From contig CALNAX010000016.1 of NCBI GenBank assembly GCA_937874465.1, positions 93,177-157,176 on the forward strand: a stretch of DNA of 64,000 nt. Reading direction: 5' to 3'. Below, one piece after another: positions 1-9,622 of the stretch; positions within the stretch are counted from its first letter, which is position 1, and each line of letters starts with the position of its first letter. Made by a program: the position numbers and the translations under genes. Source of the DNA: an uncultured Bacillales bacterium (lineage in GTDB: Bacteria; Bacillota_I; Bacilli_A; RFN20; CAG-288). The notes under the pieces are model-generated. The model was given only the letters and a program-made list of their open reading frames with translations, was not told where the DNA came from and searched no databases.

Positions 1-280
1 CACCGGCGAAGAACACTTTGTCGCCCGGCTTGAAGAGGACGACTTGGGGCCCTGTCCGAACCACGGTCCCAAAGCCATCGAAACCCAAGACCGACGGGGT
101 GTTTTCCTTGGCAAGTGGCGTCTTGTAGTGGACCAGATCGGTGGGATTGAAGGAAGAGGCTTCGACGGCGACGACTAGGTCATGTCCCCGAGGTCTTTCT
201 GGCTCGTAGGGAAAGGCGAAGAACCCGTTTCCCTTATCCAGGGGAACGTATCTCTCGAATCCGACCGCCTTTGGTTCCAT
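1..280 (-). CDS. MDR-superfamily NAD(P)H:quinone oxidoreductase / Zn-independent alcohol dehydrogenase-like, N-terminal fragment (5' end of the gene; the rest lies left of the window)
   Basis: Reverse-complement translation from the ATG at 280..278 gives MEPKAVGFERYVPLDKGNGFFAFPYEPERPRGHDLVVAVEASSFNPTDLVHYKT...GDKVFFAG, a typical MDR N-terminal (GroES-like) fold. An AAGGAG RBS lies 6 nt upstream on the minus strand. Confidence 0.6.
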   Translation of the reverse strand, partial: MEPKAVGFERYVPLDKGNGFFAFPYEPERPRGHDLVVAVEASSFNPTDLVHYKTPLAKENTPSVLGFDGFGTVVRTGPQVVLFKPGDKVFFAG

Positions 281-297
281 GCTTTGCAAAACTCCTT

Positions 298-888
298 CTA
301 GGCCTGGGCCTTTATGACTTCTTCCACCTTTTCCAAATAGCCTTCGCGGGTTATGGGGGTTTGGAGTGGCAAAGCGCCAAAGTTGGTCCAGATCACCTGC
401 TTGGCTCCCACCGTGCGGAACGACTCGTCGAAGAAGGCCGCCTTAATGCATTCCCCGGCCTTGGAGCCGCAAAGCAGCCCGGAAGGGGTGCCGGAGGTAG
501 TGAAGGCGATGACCTTGTCTAGATTGTCCAATGCCGGCAGCATCTCGCCATGAGGCCCTTGGGTATAGGCAAAGCCCTTTAGGAAGACCTTGTCGAAGAA
601 GCCCTTCAGGATGGCCGGCTCTCCCATCCACCATACCGGGAAGACCAACACCACGTTTTGGGTGTCCTTGAGGATGCCCTGGTATTTGGCCACCAAGGGA
701 TCCACGGTTTTCCCCCTGCTGAACAAGGCCAGATCCTTCCCCTTCATAACCGGATCGAAGCCATCCTTGTAAAGGTCTATCAGGTAGTAGTCCTTGCCTT
801 TGGCCTTCAGTCCTTCGATCACCTTGTCCAAGATGGCCTTGCAAAAGCTCTTGTCATACGGATGGGCATATATAACGGTAGTCTTCAT
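298..888 (-). CDS. flavodoxin-fold NAD(P)H-dependent oxidoreductase (FMN reductase / NAD(P)H dehydrogenase (quinone) family)
   Basis: Internal start MKTTVIYAHPYDKSF...VLVFPVWWMGEPAILKGFFDKV matches the Flavodoxin_2 / MdaB-like signature. A GGAGG RBS precedes the Met at 888. The ORF-track upstream extension (to 969) runs into the promoter region. Confidence 0.6.
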   Translation of the reverse strand: MKTTVIYAHPYDKSFCKAILDKVIEGLKAKGKDYYLIDLYKDGFDPVMKGKDLALFSRGKTVDPLVAKYQGILKDTQNVVLVFPVWWMGEPAILKGFFDKVFLKGFAYTQGPHGEMLPALDNLDKVIAFTTSGTPSGLLCGSKAGECIKAAFFDESFRTVGAKQVIWTNFGALPLQTPITREGYLEKVEEVIKAQA

Positions 889-988
889 TTCAATACCTCC
901 GATTGCAATCCTATTATTGCATCGATATTGGCTTTTGGCCCTCTTTCGCACATGTAGTTTCCCTGTCATGTCGGCTTAACTGATATCA

Positions 989-1564
989 TTGTCGAAAAAG
1001 AGGCTTGCAATGTTCAGGATAAGGCTTTGGCTCCATAAGCATCGTCTGAAGGAAAAATCGGGCTATCTGAGCCTCCTTTTCGCCCTTTTGGCTCAGTCGC
1101 TTATGGTCTTTGCCCCGTTCCTTGACTTGGCCGAAGAGGATGGTCAGGTGATTGTGCTTTCGGGAGCCGATTCGTTCGTACCCAATGAGGCCGGGGATTT
1201 CCGGGCCGTGTCCTACGGTTGGCTTTGCTTCTTCATCCTCTTCCTAATCCTGGTTGTCTGGGAACTGCTTTCCCCAAAAGACGACGACATCGGTGTCTTC
1301 TGGGGCTTGGTGGTGCTCTCTTCCCTCTATGTCCTTGGCTTTGGCCCCCTCTCGCTTTTCTATTTGATCAGCTTTGCCCTCGGGGGTGGGAGCGGCGGCG
1401 GAAGCACCCATATCGAATGGGGCTTTGCGGTGTTCGAAGCCCTGGTCTTCCTCCCTTGGGTGCCCTTCTATCTTCTCAGGAACCGTTTCTTCGGCCTCAG
1501 GGCGAGTCAGCCCCTCTTTGGAACCGGTTTAGACGACAAGGAAGAATTCAAAAAGAAAAAATGA
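989..1564 (+). CDS. hypothetical membrane protein with about 5 predicted TM helices, a GGGSGGGS loop and a K-rich C-terminus
   Basis: Hydrophobic segments LSLLFALLAQSLMVFAPFL, WLCFFILFLILVVWELL, VFWGLVVLSSLYVLGFGPLSLFYLISFAL and AVFEALVFLPWVPFYLL. No recognisable domain. Confidence 0.4.
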   Translation: MSKKRLAMFRIRLWLHKHRLKEKSGYLSLLFALLAQSLMVFAPFLDLAEEDGQVIVLSGADSFVPNEAGDFRAVSYGWLCFFILFLILVVWELLSPKDDDIGVFWGLVVLSSLYVLGFGPLSLFYLISFALGGGSGGGSTHIEWGFAVFEALVFLPWVPFYLLRNRFFGLRASQPLFGTGLDDKEEFKKKK

Positions 1565-1623
1565 GGCGGTTTGTTCTATAATTTCCACGTATTAAGGTAA
1601 GGTCTGGCCTTGGAGGCGCGAAC

Positions 1624-2517
1624 ATGAATGAATGGATAACGGATAATTTATGGATTGTCCTTTTGGTCATCCTGGTCCTTTCCATCGTCATCGTGGTGAT
1701 GTCGATCCTCACTTTCGTGTTCGCCAAAAAGGCAGCCTCGAATATCTCAAAGACCAATCTGAAGATGACCGCGAATGTCTCATATGATTCGGATAACCTC
1801 GGGGAGTCTTTGGAGATAACGGTCTTCAACAACAATTACCGCGACATCGTAATCCATGACTTCGGCTTCTCCTACAAGAACCAGGTCGTATCCTTCATCG
1901 AGGAGTACTCCGAAAGGCGTTTGACCAAGGGGCGCGTCATCTGCCCGGCTCGTTCTTCCTTGACCTACAAGGTCAATCCCGAACGCATCGAGAAGTTCGT
2001 GGTGGCCCATAATTTCAATGCCAAGTCCATATCGATGATCTATTTGATCGCCGTCGATTCCGTCGGCAATTCCAATGTCTACAAGGACAAGGCCCTGACC
2101 AAATTGTTCTCGGAGCGCCAAAAGGCTCGCCTGAAGATTGCCAAGCGCAAGCTCCATGAGGAGAAGGTCCAGGATTACAAGGATACCCACGATGGCAATG
2201 GTCCGATGTCCGAGGGACTATGGAATCTTTTCCACCGCAAGCAGATAACGGTTCCCGCGCTGATAAAGAAGTCGGCTAGCCTGATCGGCGATAGCACCCT
2301 GACGCCGGAAACCGAGAAGAACAACAAGTTGTTCAATCCCGCTCCGGTCGAACCTTCCGACCTCTCGGACAGCGACATCCTCAAGCCCGATGGCAAAGGC
2401 GGCTACCAGACCACCGATTTCGGCCGCACCAGCGATTCCAAGGATCTGAAGCTTACCTTCCTTGACCTCAATGTTCCCCTAAAGTCCAAGGAAGTTGACT
2501 CCAAGAAGAAGAAATAG
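1624..2517 (+). CDS. hypothetical single-pass membrane protein (N-terminal TM, about 150-aa globular part, disordered K/D/S/T-rich tail)
   Basis: N-terminal WIVLLVILVLSIVIVVMSILTFVFA is a TM/signal anchor. The C-terminal 120 aa are low-complexity and end in SKKKK. Transcribed in the same direction as the preceding membrane protein. Confidence 0.4.
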   Translation: MNEWITDNLWIVLLVILVLSIVIVVMSILTFVFAKKAASNISKTNLKMTANVSYDSDNLGESLEITVFNNNYRDIVIHDFGFSYKNQVVSFIEEYSERRLTKGRVICPARSSLTYKVNPERIEKFVVAHNFNAKSISMIYLIAVDSVGNSNVYKDKALTKLFSERQKARLKIAKRKLHEEKVQDYKDTHDGNGPMSEGLWNLFHRKQITVPALIKKSASLIGDSTLTPETEKNNKLFNPAPVEPSDLSDSDILKPDGKGGYQTTDFGRTSDSKDLKLTFLDLNVPLKSKEVDSKKKK

Positions 2518-2520
2518 CCT

Positions 2521-3897
2521 TCATTCAAGCGCTTCCCTCACCTTGGCGGGCAATGATGCCAAGGGACTGTCGGTCTCGATTGTCCTATCGCAGTCCTTTC
2601 GGTGCTTTATCCAATCGGTATTTGTTTGCCCTAAGGCAAAGGAAAGCTGGGGATGGGGATCGCCTCTTTCCTTCAGTTTGGCCAAAGGGTCTTTGGTAAG
2701 GGCAAGTATCACCAGGGAGCAAAGGGTGCCCAGATGGGCCTGGAAGAGCAGGGGTGCCTCGATGGCGAAGGGCGTGTCCGGCTCGTCGTCCAACATCCTG
2801 ACGATACGTTCCTTGAGCAGGGGGTAAAGGATTCCAAGCCATTTCCTCCTTCCTGCCTTGTCGTCAAGGAGGAGACGATAGAGCCTGCCTTTGTCCAGGT
2901 TCCCGCTTTTGTCGAACAAATCCGGGAAAGACTTCTCCAGCTTGTCCCTTACCCGGGCTTCGCCATACATTTCCTTTGCCAAGGAATCCGTATCGATCCC
3001 CTTGAAGCCCATCTCCTCGAGGATTTTCCTTATCGTCGTCTTTCCGGAGGCGATCCCGCCCGTGATGCCTATGACCTTTGGGACCTTTTGGCAATGGGGA
3101 CAAAAAGAAGTGCCCCTGCCATTCAGTTCCCTCTTCATGATCTTTGTCCCGCAGACCAAGCATTTCTTCCCGGAGCGGGAGTAGACGAAGAGATGGGACT
3201 GGTACTGGCCGAGTACCTTATTTGAGGCCCTATAGGTCCTTACGGTCGAGCCATGGCATTCGATGGCCGAATCGAGAATCCTCTTGGCCTCGGAAGCGAT
3301 CAGGGCGGCGTTATGGGCAGTCGCAATCTTGGTGGCTTTCTGGAAGGGGTTTATCTTAGCCGCAAAACAGATCTCGTCTGCATAGATATTGCCGATCCCG
3401 GCAAACTTTGTTTGATCCAGCAACACTTCCTTAATGGGTCTTGAGGTTGCCTTAAGGATGCTCAACACATACTGTGGCGATAAATCATTTGCTTCCGGTC
3501 CGAGATTTTCAATGCAGGTGATTGGCTGCTTGGGCGGATAGAACCAGAAGCGCCCGAATTTCCTTATGTCGTCAAAGACGAGTTCTTCGCCATCGGCTAG
3601 ATGGAGGATCACGCGAGCAAACTTGCCAAAATCGGTTTCGCCTTTCCCGAAGAGGAAGAGTTTGCCTTCCATCCGCAAATGGCAGACCAAATGGGAATGG
3701 TCGTCAAAGCCGATAAGAAGGAATTTGCCACGGCGTTTTACCTCTTCGATTGTTCTTTCCCCTATTTCCTTGGAGAAAGCAACCGCCCCGGTAGCGATTG
3801 ACTTAGGCCAAAATACGGTCGCACCGGAGAAGGTTTTGCCAACAAGTTTCTTCGCAAGCACCCTCCTGACGGTTTCGACTTCCGGAAGTTCAGGCAT
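2521..3897 (-). CDS. bifunctional fusion: formamidopyrimidine-DNA glycosylase (Fpg/MutM) fused to dephospho-CoA kinase (CoaE)
   Basis: The N-terminus MPELPEVETVRR (catalytic Pro2/Glu3) and a C4 zinc finger CLVCGTKIMKRELNGRGTSFCPHC define Fpg. It runs without a break into IGITGGIASGKTT (CoaE P-loop). The frame is continuous with no stop or linker. Confidence 0.8.
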   Translation of the reverse strand: MPELPEVETVRRVLAKKLVGKTFSGATVFWPKSIATGAVAFSKEIGERTIEEVKRRGKFLLIGFDDHSHLVCHLRMEGKLFLFGKGETDFGKFARVILHLADGEELVFDDIRKFGRFWFYPPKQPITCIENLGPEANDLSPQYVLSILKATSRPIKEVLLDQTKFAGIGNIYADEICFAAKINPFQKATKIATAHNAALIASEAKRILDSAIECHGSTVRTYRASNKVLGQYQSHLFVYSRSGKKCLVCGTKIMKRELNGRGTSFCPHCQKVPKVIGITGGIASGKTTIRKILEEMGFKGIDTDSLAKEMYGEARVRDKLEKSFPDLFDKSGNLDKGRLYRLLLDDKAGRRKWLGILYPLLKERIVRMLDDEPDTPFAIEAPLLFQAHLGTLCSLVILALTKDPLAKLKERGDPHPQLSFALGQTNTDWIKHRKDCDRTIETDSPLASLPAKVREALE

Positions 3898-3918
3898 CTG
3901 GCATTCCTCTCCTTGTTT

Positions 3919-6558
3919 CTATTTGCAGTCGTACCAACTATGGCCGGTGTGGCCATCGACAGTGAGTTTGACCTTGAGGGGCAAGGCGGAATCCATGGTC
4001 TTGGCTATCGCGGGGATGAGTTCCTTTTCTTCCTCTTTGCATATCTTGAACACCAACTCGTCATGGATCTGAAGTATCATCTTGGTCTTCTTGCCTTCCA
4101 GGAGTTTGCTCACTTTATTCATGGCGACCTTGATAAGATCCGCGGCGGAACCCTGGATTGTCGCGTTGACCGCCGCCCTTTCCGAGAAGGAGCGCTTCAT
4201 CCTTATGGGAGAGTTGATGTCGGGGAAATAGCGTCTCCGGTTCAGTATCGTCTTCACGTATCCGTTGGTTCGGGCAAAGGCGATCTGGCTATCCTCGTAT
4301 TGGTCTATTCCCTCGAAATTGCTCTTGAAGAGGTCTATGGTTTGCCTAGCCTCGGCAAACGAGATTCCCAGGCGCTGCTTCAGTCCATAGGCCGATATTC
4401 CGTAGACTATCCCGAAGTTTACCGTCTTGGCCTTCCGCCTCATCTCAGGGGTCACTTGGTCTATTGGAACGCCGAATACCTTTGAGGCCGTGGCTTTATG
4501 GATGTCTTCGCCGGAGTTGCATACCTCGATCAGGTTCTTGATGTTGCCCAGGGAGGCCAAAACCCGCAACTCGATCTGGGAGTAATCCAATGACAGGAAC
4601 TCATAATCCGAATCGGGATAGAAGAAGGCCTTCCTGATCTCCTTTCCCTCCTCCTTTCTGATGGATACGTTTTGGAGGTTGGGTTCCGACATCGAAAGAC
4701 GACCGGTGGAAGTCATGGTCTGGTTGATTACGGCATGGATCTTGCCATCGGGGAAGACGTGCTTGGGAAGTGCCTCGATGTATCCGGAGATTATCTTCGA
4801 ATAGGTGCGATGGGCGATTATCAAAGGCACGATTGGATGGTCTTCGTAATGGTTCGTCAAGACCTCTATTGAACTTCCGTTTTCCTTTGGCCCTTTTTGG
4901 AGACCGAGCTTTTCGAAGAGAATGTGGGAGACCTGCATGGGCGATTTGATGTTGAACTCTTCTCCGGCATACTGGTAGATCTGCTCCTGCAACTGTTCCA
5001 AGATCTTTCGATAGCTTTCCCCGATAGTGGAAAGTGTGCCAAGGTCTATTGGCATTCCCTCAATCTCCATCTTTGCCAAGTTCTTTGCAAGCGGAAGCTC
5101 TACCTCAGTCAGGAGAATCATTGAGTCCTGAGAGGATATCGCTTTGAGAAGCAATTCTTCGTTTGCCATCATCAAGGCGTTGGCAGTCGTAATCCTGTCT
5201 ATTGCGTTGACGGGAAGGTGTATGTCCATCCTCTTGAAGGCGTCATCTAGATCGGCGGCATGGTCGCTGTCTATCAAGTAGGAGGCCAGGATGAAGTCGA
5301 AGACTATTCCCGAAACCGATAGACCCAGGCGATTGCAGACCACATACAGGGTCTTGCTGTCCAAAGACGACTTGGGGGCATCGCCGGCGAGCCATTCCCT
5401 GAGTCTTCCACCACCAGCTATGTCGTTCTTCTCTATCACTTCCTGCTTGCCGTTACCGTAGACGATTGCCAACCCCAGAATGGGAGAGGCGTTTTCGTTG
5501 GAGCCATCGATGATCGCCGAAACCCCAACCGGGCTTTCCCCAAAGTCTAAATCCTTGACGAACGCATATGAAAAGTCGGCCTCCCTTTTGTACTCGACCT
5601 GGCTTTCCTTCCCATGGGCGACATCGGCCTCAGGAGCTTCTTCCATGGCCTGCTGTTGAAAGGCTTTGGGCTCACCGGCAGGAAGACCCAAGGCGAAGGC
5701 GAACTTATGGAGATCGTATTCGTCGAAGAAGGCCTTCAATTTCTCCTTGTTGACCACCTCGGGTTCGCTTCTGTCGTATATGGCCTTGACATCCAGATCG
5801 GTTTTGATTGTGGCAATCTTCAGACAGAGCCTTCCTTGCTCGGCCCCGGCGTTCAGGTTACGGCCCAAAGCGGTTTTGTCATCGCCCTTGAACGCGGTAA
5901 GGATGTCCTCTAGGTGGTCGTACTTGTCCAGCAGCTTGAAGGCCGTCTTCTCGCCAACGTGGGGTATTCCCTTGTAATTGTCGGAAGGGTCTCCGGCTAT
6001 GGCCTTGAAGTCGACCACTTGATCGGCGCGACAGCCAAACAGTTCCTTTACGTTGTCCTTGGTATAGACGATGACGTCGGTCAAGCCCTTGCGCAGTGAA
6101 TGGACTTCCGTATTATCGTCGACCAACTGCAGGAAGTCCTTGTCGGAAGTGAAGAGGATTACATGATCCCCCTGTTTCTCGGAATACTTGGCGAGGGAGC
6201 CGGCGACATCGTCCCCTTCGTAGCCTTCCATTTCGGCATGGTCGATTCCATAGGCATCCAAGAAGGCATGGGCTATGGGCATCTGGAGCTTCAAAGCCGG
6301 ATCGATGGGCTTCCTTTGGGCCTTGTAGTTTGCTATTTCCTTTGACCTGAAGGTGGGGTGACCGGTATCGAAACAGACCACCATCCTGTCGCCGTTACCT
6401 AGATCGTGCTTCAAGGAGGAAATCATCTTGACGAAGCCAAAGATGGCATTCGTGGGGACTCCGGCGTGATTGGTCATCAATGGTGTGCCGGGATGGAACG
6501 TCGCGAAGAAGCACCTGAACAGAAGCGAATTCCCGTCCAATATGAATGTCCTACTCAT
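3919..6558 (-). CDS. polA: DNA polymerase I
   Basis: 879 aa. It has an N-terminal 5'-3' exonuclease domain, a central 3'-5' exo-like domain that appears to lack the DxE Exo I motif, and C-terminal family A polymerase motifs (RRxAKxxNFGxxYG, QIHDELVF). Confidence 0.9.
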   Translation of the reverse strand: MSRTFILDGNSLLFRCFFATFHPGTPLMTNHAGVPTNAIFGFVKMISSLKHDLGNGDRMVVCFDTGHPTFRSKEIANYKAQRKPIDPALKLQMPIAHAFLDAYGIDHAEMEGYEGDDVAGSLAKYSEKQGDHVILFTSDKDFLQLVDDNTEVHSLRKGLTDVIVYTKDNVKELFGCRADQVVDFKAIAGDPSDNYKGIPHVGEKTAFKLLDKYDHLEDILTAFKGDDKTALGRNLNAGAEQGRLCLKIATIKTDLDVKAIYDRSEPEVVNKEKLKAFFDEYDLHKFAFALGLPAGEPKAFQQQAMEEAPEADVAHGKESQVEYKREADFSYAFVKDLDFGESPVGVSAIIDGSNENASPILGLAIVYGNGKQEVIEKNDIAGGGRLREWLAGDAPKSSLDSKTLYVVCNRLGLSVSGIVFDFILASYLIDSDHAADLDDAFKRMDIHLPVNAIDRITTANALMMANEELLLKAISSQDSMILLTEVELPLAKNLAKMEIEGMPIDLGTLSTIGESYRKILEQLQEQIYQYAGEEFNIKSPMQVSHILFEKLGLQKGPKENGSSIEVLTNHYEDHPIVPLIIAHRTYSKIISGYIEALPKHVFPDGKIHAVINQTMTSTGRLSMSEPNLQNVSIRKEEGKEIRKAFFYPDSDYEFLSLDYSQIELRVLASLGNIKNLIEVCNSGEDIHKATASKVFGVPIDQVTPEMRRKAKTVNFGIVYGISAYGLKQRLGISFAEARQTIDLFKSNFEGIDQYEDSQIAFARTNGYVKTILNRRRYFPDINSPIRMKRSFSERAAVNATIQGSAADLIKVAMNKVSKLLEGKKTKMILQIHDELVFKICKEEEKELIPAIAKTMDSALPLKVKLTVDGHTGHSWYDCK

Positions 6559-9521
6559 TTCTTGCCCCCTTCTTCATTGCTTACTATCTTAATGTCTGCC
6601 ATACCCCAAATGCGACCGAATCGGTAAGGCCTTATGGGAATGAACGTGATGATGTCGTATAGGTTGACCTTGTAGGACGATGGCAGGATGAACGACATGG
6701 TTCCGAAGGCATTGGCCAGGGTGACTATCGAATCCCCCCGGGAGGAATAAGGCTCTTCGACGACTATGCCGATCGAATGGTGCTCACGATAATAAGGGCC
6801 AACTATGTCTTTTAGGTTAAAGGCCAGGGATACACCGTTGTATTGAAGTTCGCGTATGAATTCCTTGATCCTCTCCAGGCCAATCACCGGTTTGCTATCC
6901 AAGGCCGGAAGCGCCGATTCCGATATGGAGATGGCGGCAAAGTTTGCCAAATCGGCGGCCTTTGCGGAAATGGATTCCCTATTGAAGCCAAAGCAATCCA
7001 AGGCGCCACTATCTGATAGACCCTTTATCATCCTTTCGTCCAAAGGGGCGACCTTGAAGAGCCTTATGAGAAAGTCACCTAGGCTCTTAAAAGGACCCTT
7101 CTTTCTTTCCAGGGGGATGCTTTGGGCCAACTTATCGGGGAATGCCTTGGTCCTTTTCAATCCAAGGTAAACGTTGCCATCGTCGATCAAGTCATCGTAA
7201 TCAGAGGTGTTCACCGAGATCGGCTTGAGGCGCAAGCCCCGATGCTGAAGTTCTTTTGCCAGATCCCTGAAGGCCGGAGCGGAAGAACTGATCTCTCCCA
7301 GGGCCACTTCGTAGAACTCTTTCGCGAAATGGGTCTTCAGGTAAGCCATTGCGAAAGTTATGAAGGCATAGGCGACGGAATGTGATTTGTTGAAACCGTA
7401 ATTGGCAAACTTCAAGATGAGGTCGTATATTCCCTGCGCCGCCTTATCGGTCAGGCCGTTCTTTATTGCGCCCGTGATGAAATCGTTGCGGTAGGCAGCC
7501 AGCTTCGTTTCGTCCTTTTTCGAGATGGCCCTTCTTAACAGATCGGCCTCACTCATGTCCATGCCCGCTATCTGGTGGGCTATCTTAAGGATCTGCTCCT
7601 GGTAGATGATTATCCCATAGGTATCCTTGAGTATCTCGTCCAGCTTTGGGTAGCCGGAGGAGGGAATCTTGCCCGTGTGCTTCCTTTGGGCATAGGTTGG
7701 GATGTTTTCCATCGGCCCGGGCCTATACAATGCCAAGAGGGCCACTAGATCCGAAAACCTTTCGGGCCTTATTTGGGCAATCGCTTTCTTTATGCCCTCG
7801 CCATCCAGCTGGAAGACCAAGAGGAGATCCAGCGAATTTATCGTCTTGTAAGTCTCTGGATCGTCTCTTTGGCTTTGGCAATCCGGTATCTCCTTCCCGT
7901 CTGATTTTATCCTTCCCTCTATCTCCTTTAGGAGGGTTAGATAGTGGAGCGAAAGGAGGTCGACCTTCAAGAAGCCAAGCCTTTCCATCTCGGGATACTC
8001 GTATTGAACTATTCCAACCTTGCCATCGCTGAGCGGCACTTGTTCGTAGATGTCCTTGTCGGCCAGGATCACACCTGCGGCATGAATGGATGTGTTCACC
8101 GGCAGACCCTCGAGGTGCTTTGCCAATTCAATGGCCTTTCGGTAATAGGGATCTTCGTATTGCCTACGGAAGTCGCTGCTTCTTTCCAAGGCTTCCCTTA
8201 TGGATCCGATCTTTGGCGATATATAGCGGACCAGGCCCGTGATGCGGTTGTCGGGCATCCCCAGGGCGTGGGCGGCGGATTTGATGGCGGAGCGTGTCTT
8301 ATAGGTTTGGTAAGTCACGATTTGGGCAACCCTGAAGGGGCCGTATTTGTTCTTTAGGTAATTGGTTATCTCATCCCTTCTGTCATCCTCGAAATCCATA
8401 TCTATATCGGGCATGGTCACCCTCTTGGGGTTTAGAAACCTTTCGAACGAGAGGTCGAATTCAAGGGGGTCGACCTCCGTTATCCCCAAAAGGAACGACA
8501 CGAGCGAGCCACACGCTGAGCCACGGCCCGGTCCAACCTTGATGCCATTGTTCTTTGCAAACATTACGTAGTCGGAGACTATTAGGAAGTAAGAGGCATA
8601 GCCCATCTCGATGATGACTTTTGTTTCCATGGCCAGACGGTCCTCATAGGCCTTCTTGCCTTCGAGGCCTCGCTTTTTCATCCCCTCGTGGGTCTTGGCG
8701 ACGAAAGCCTCCTTGTCTCCCTCATTTGTCCCAGTGAAACTCAAGAGTCGGCCTCTTTTGGTCGAGAAAAGGTCGAAGTTGCAAAGATCCGCAATCCTGC
8801 CGGCTTCCTTTATGTCCTCGGCTGGATATATCTCCTCCAGCACCTTGGGACTCAAGAGGAAATCGGGCCCCCCAACGTCTTGGCCGTTGATCTGTTCGGG
8901 TGTCAGGGCCTTGTTCTCCAAGTCGGAATTGATTACGTCGATAATGAACTTCCCACGCTTTCCCAAATACCTGACCAGCGGAAACGCAACTGTCCTATAC
9001 GAATGTGACGAGGCAAAGTCGTGAATGGCCTTGATCTGCGGCTCCTCGCCTTTGGCTCTGATGTCGATGCCTAGCCACAGGTCCCCTAATACTTTTGAGA
9101 ACGTCACGAAGTAGGCGGCATCCCTTTCCAAAGATTGCCGCGTTAAGGAAGAAGACGGGAAAACCGGCAGCAATCCTTGAGCCAATCCCTTCAAATCGTC
9201 CGGATAATAACCATCCTTTTTAAGAGATATTATCTTGCATAAATTGCGATAGCCATCTTCATTTTCGATTAAAAAGACGCAATTCTTTGTCCCCGTTTCC
9301 CCCAAAAGCTTTAACTCTGCGCCACCTATGCCTTTTATCCCCTCTTCCTTGCAAGCTTCGAAGAAGGACGGGAATGATTTGAGCGACATATAGTCGGCCA
9401 CCGCGACAGCCGAATAGCCCAAGGACTTGGCCCTATGGGCATAGTCGGAAGGGATTACGCAACTGTCACCGAATTGGTAATCCGAGTGGCAATAAAGATT
9501 CGCAAATCCCATTATTCTCAC
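6555..9521 (-). CDS. dnaE: DNA polymerase III alpha subunit, short (about 990 aa) DnaE-type
   Basis: N-terminal PHP domain (MRIMGFANLYCHSDYQ...), palm/fingers motifs (FNKSHSVAYA). Its stop overlaps the polA start by 4 nt. Confidence 0.85.
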   Translation of the reverse strand: MRIMGFANLYCHSDYQFGDSCVIPSDYAHRAKSLGYSAVAVADYMSLKSFPSFFEACKEEGIKGIGGAELKLLGETGTKNCVFLIENEDGYRNLCKIISLKKDGYYPDDLKGLAQGLLPVFPSSSLTRQSLERDAAYFVTFSKVLGDLWLGIDIRAKGEEPQIKAIHDFASSHSYRTVAFPLVRYLGKRGKFIIDVINSDLENKALTPEQINGQDVGGPDFLLSPKVLEEIYPAEDIKEAGRIADLCNFDLFSTKRGRLLSFTGTNEGDKEAFVAKTHEGMKKRGLEGKKAYEDRLAMETKVIIEMGYASYFLIVSDYVMFAKNNGIKVGPGRGSACGSLVSFLLGITEVDPLEFDLSFERFLNPKRVTMPDIDMDFEDDRRDEITNYLKNKYGPFRVAQIVTYQTYKTRSAIKSAAHALGMPDNRITGLVRYISPKIGSIREALERSSDFRRQYEDPYYRKAIELAKHLEGLPVNTSIHAAGVILADKDIYEQVPLSDGKVGIVQYEYPEMERLGFLKVDLLSLHYLTLLKEIEGRIKSDGKEIPDCQSQRDDPETYKTINSLDLLLVFQLDGEGIKKAIAQIRPERFSDLVALLALYRPGPMENIPTYAQRKHTGKIPSSGYPKLDEILKDTYGIIIYQEQILKIAHQIAGMDMSEADLLRRAISKKDETKLAAYRNDFITGAIKNGLTDKAAQGIYDLILKFANYGFNKSHSVAYAFITFAMAYLKTHFAKEFYEVALGEISSSAPAFRDLAKELQHRGLRLKPISVNTSDYDDLIDDGNVYLGLKRTKAFPDKLAQSIPLERKKGPFKSLGDFLIRLFKVAPLDERMIKGLSDSGALDCFGFNRESISAKAADLANFAAISISESALPALDSKPVIGLERIKEFIRELQYNGVSLAFNLKDIVGPYYREHHSIGIVVEEPYSSRGDSIVTLANAFGTMSFILPSSYKVNLYDIITFIPIRPYRFGRIWGMADIKIVSNEEGGKK

Positions 9522-9622
9522 CTTTCATCCCCTAAGGATTATAGTCTAAGGGCTTTGCGTCCATTTTCGGAAGTAGAATATTGCCAGGGCCTTTTGTTCG
9601 ACAACTATCAAGGAGGATTTTC

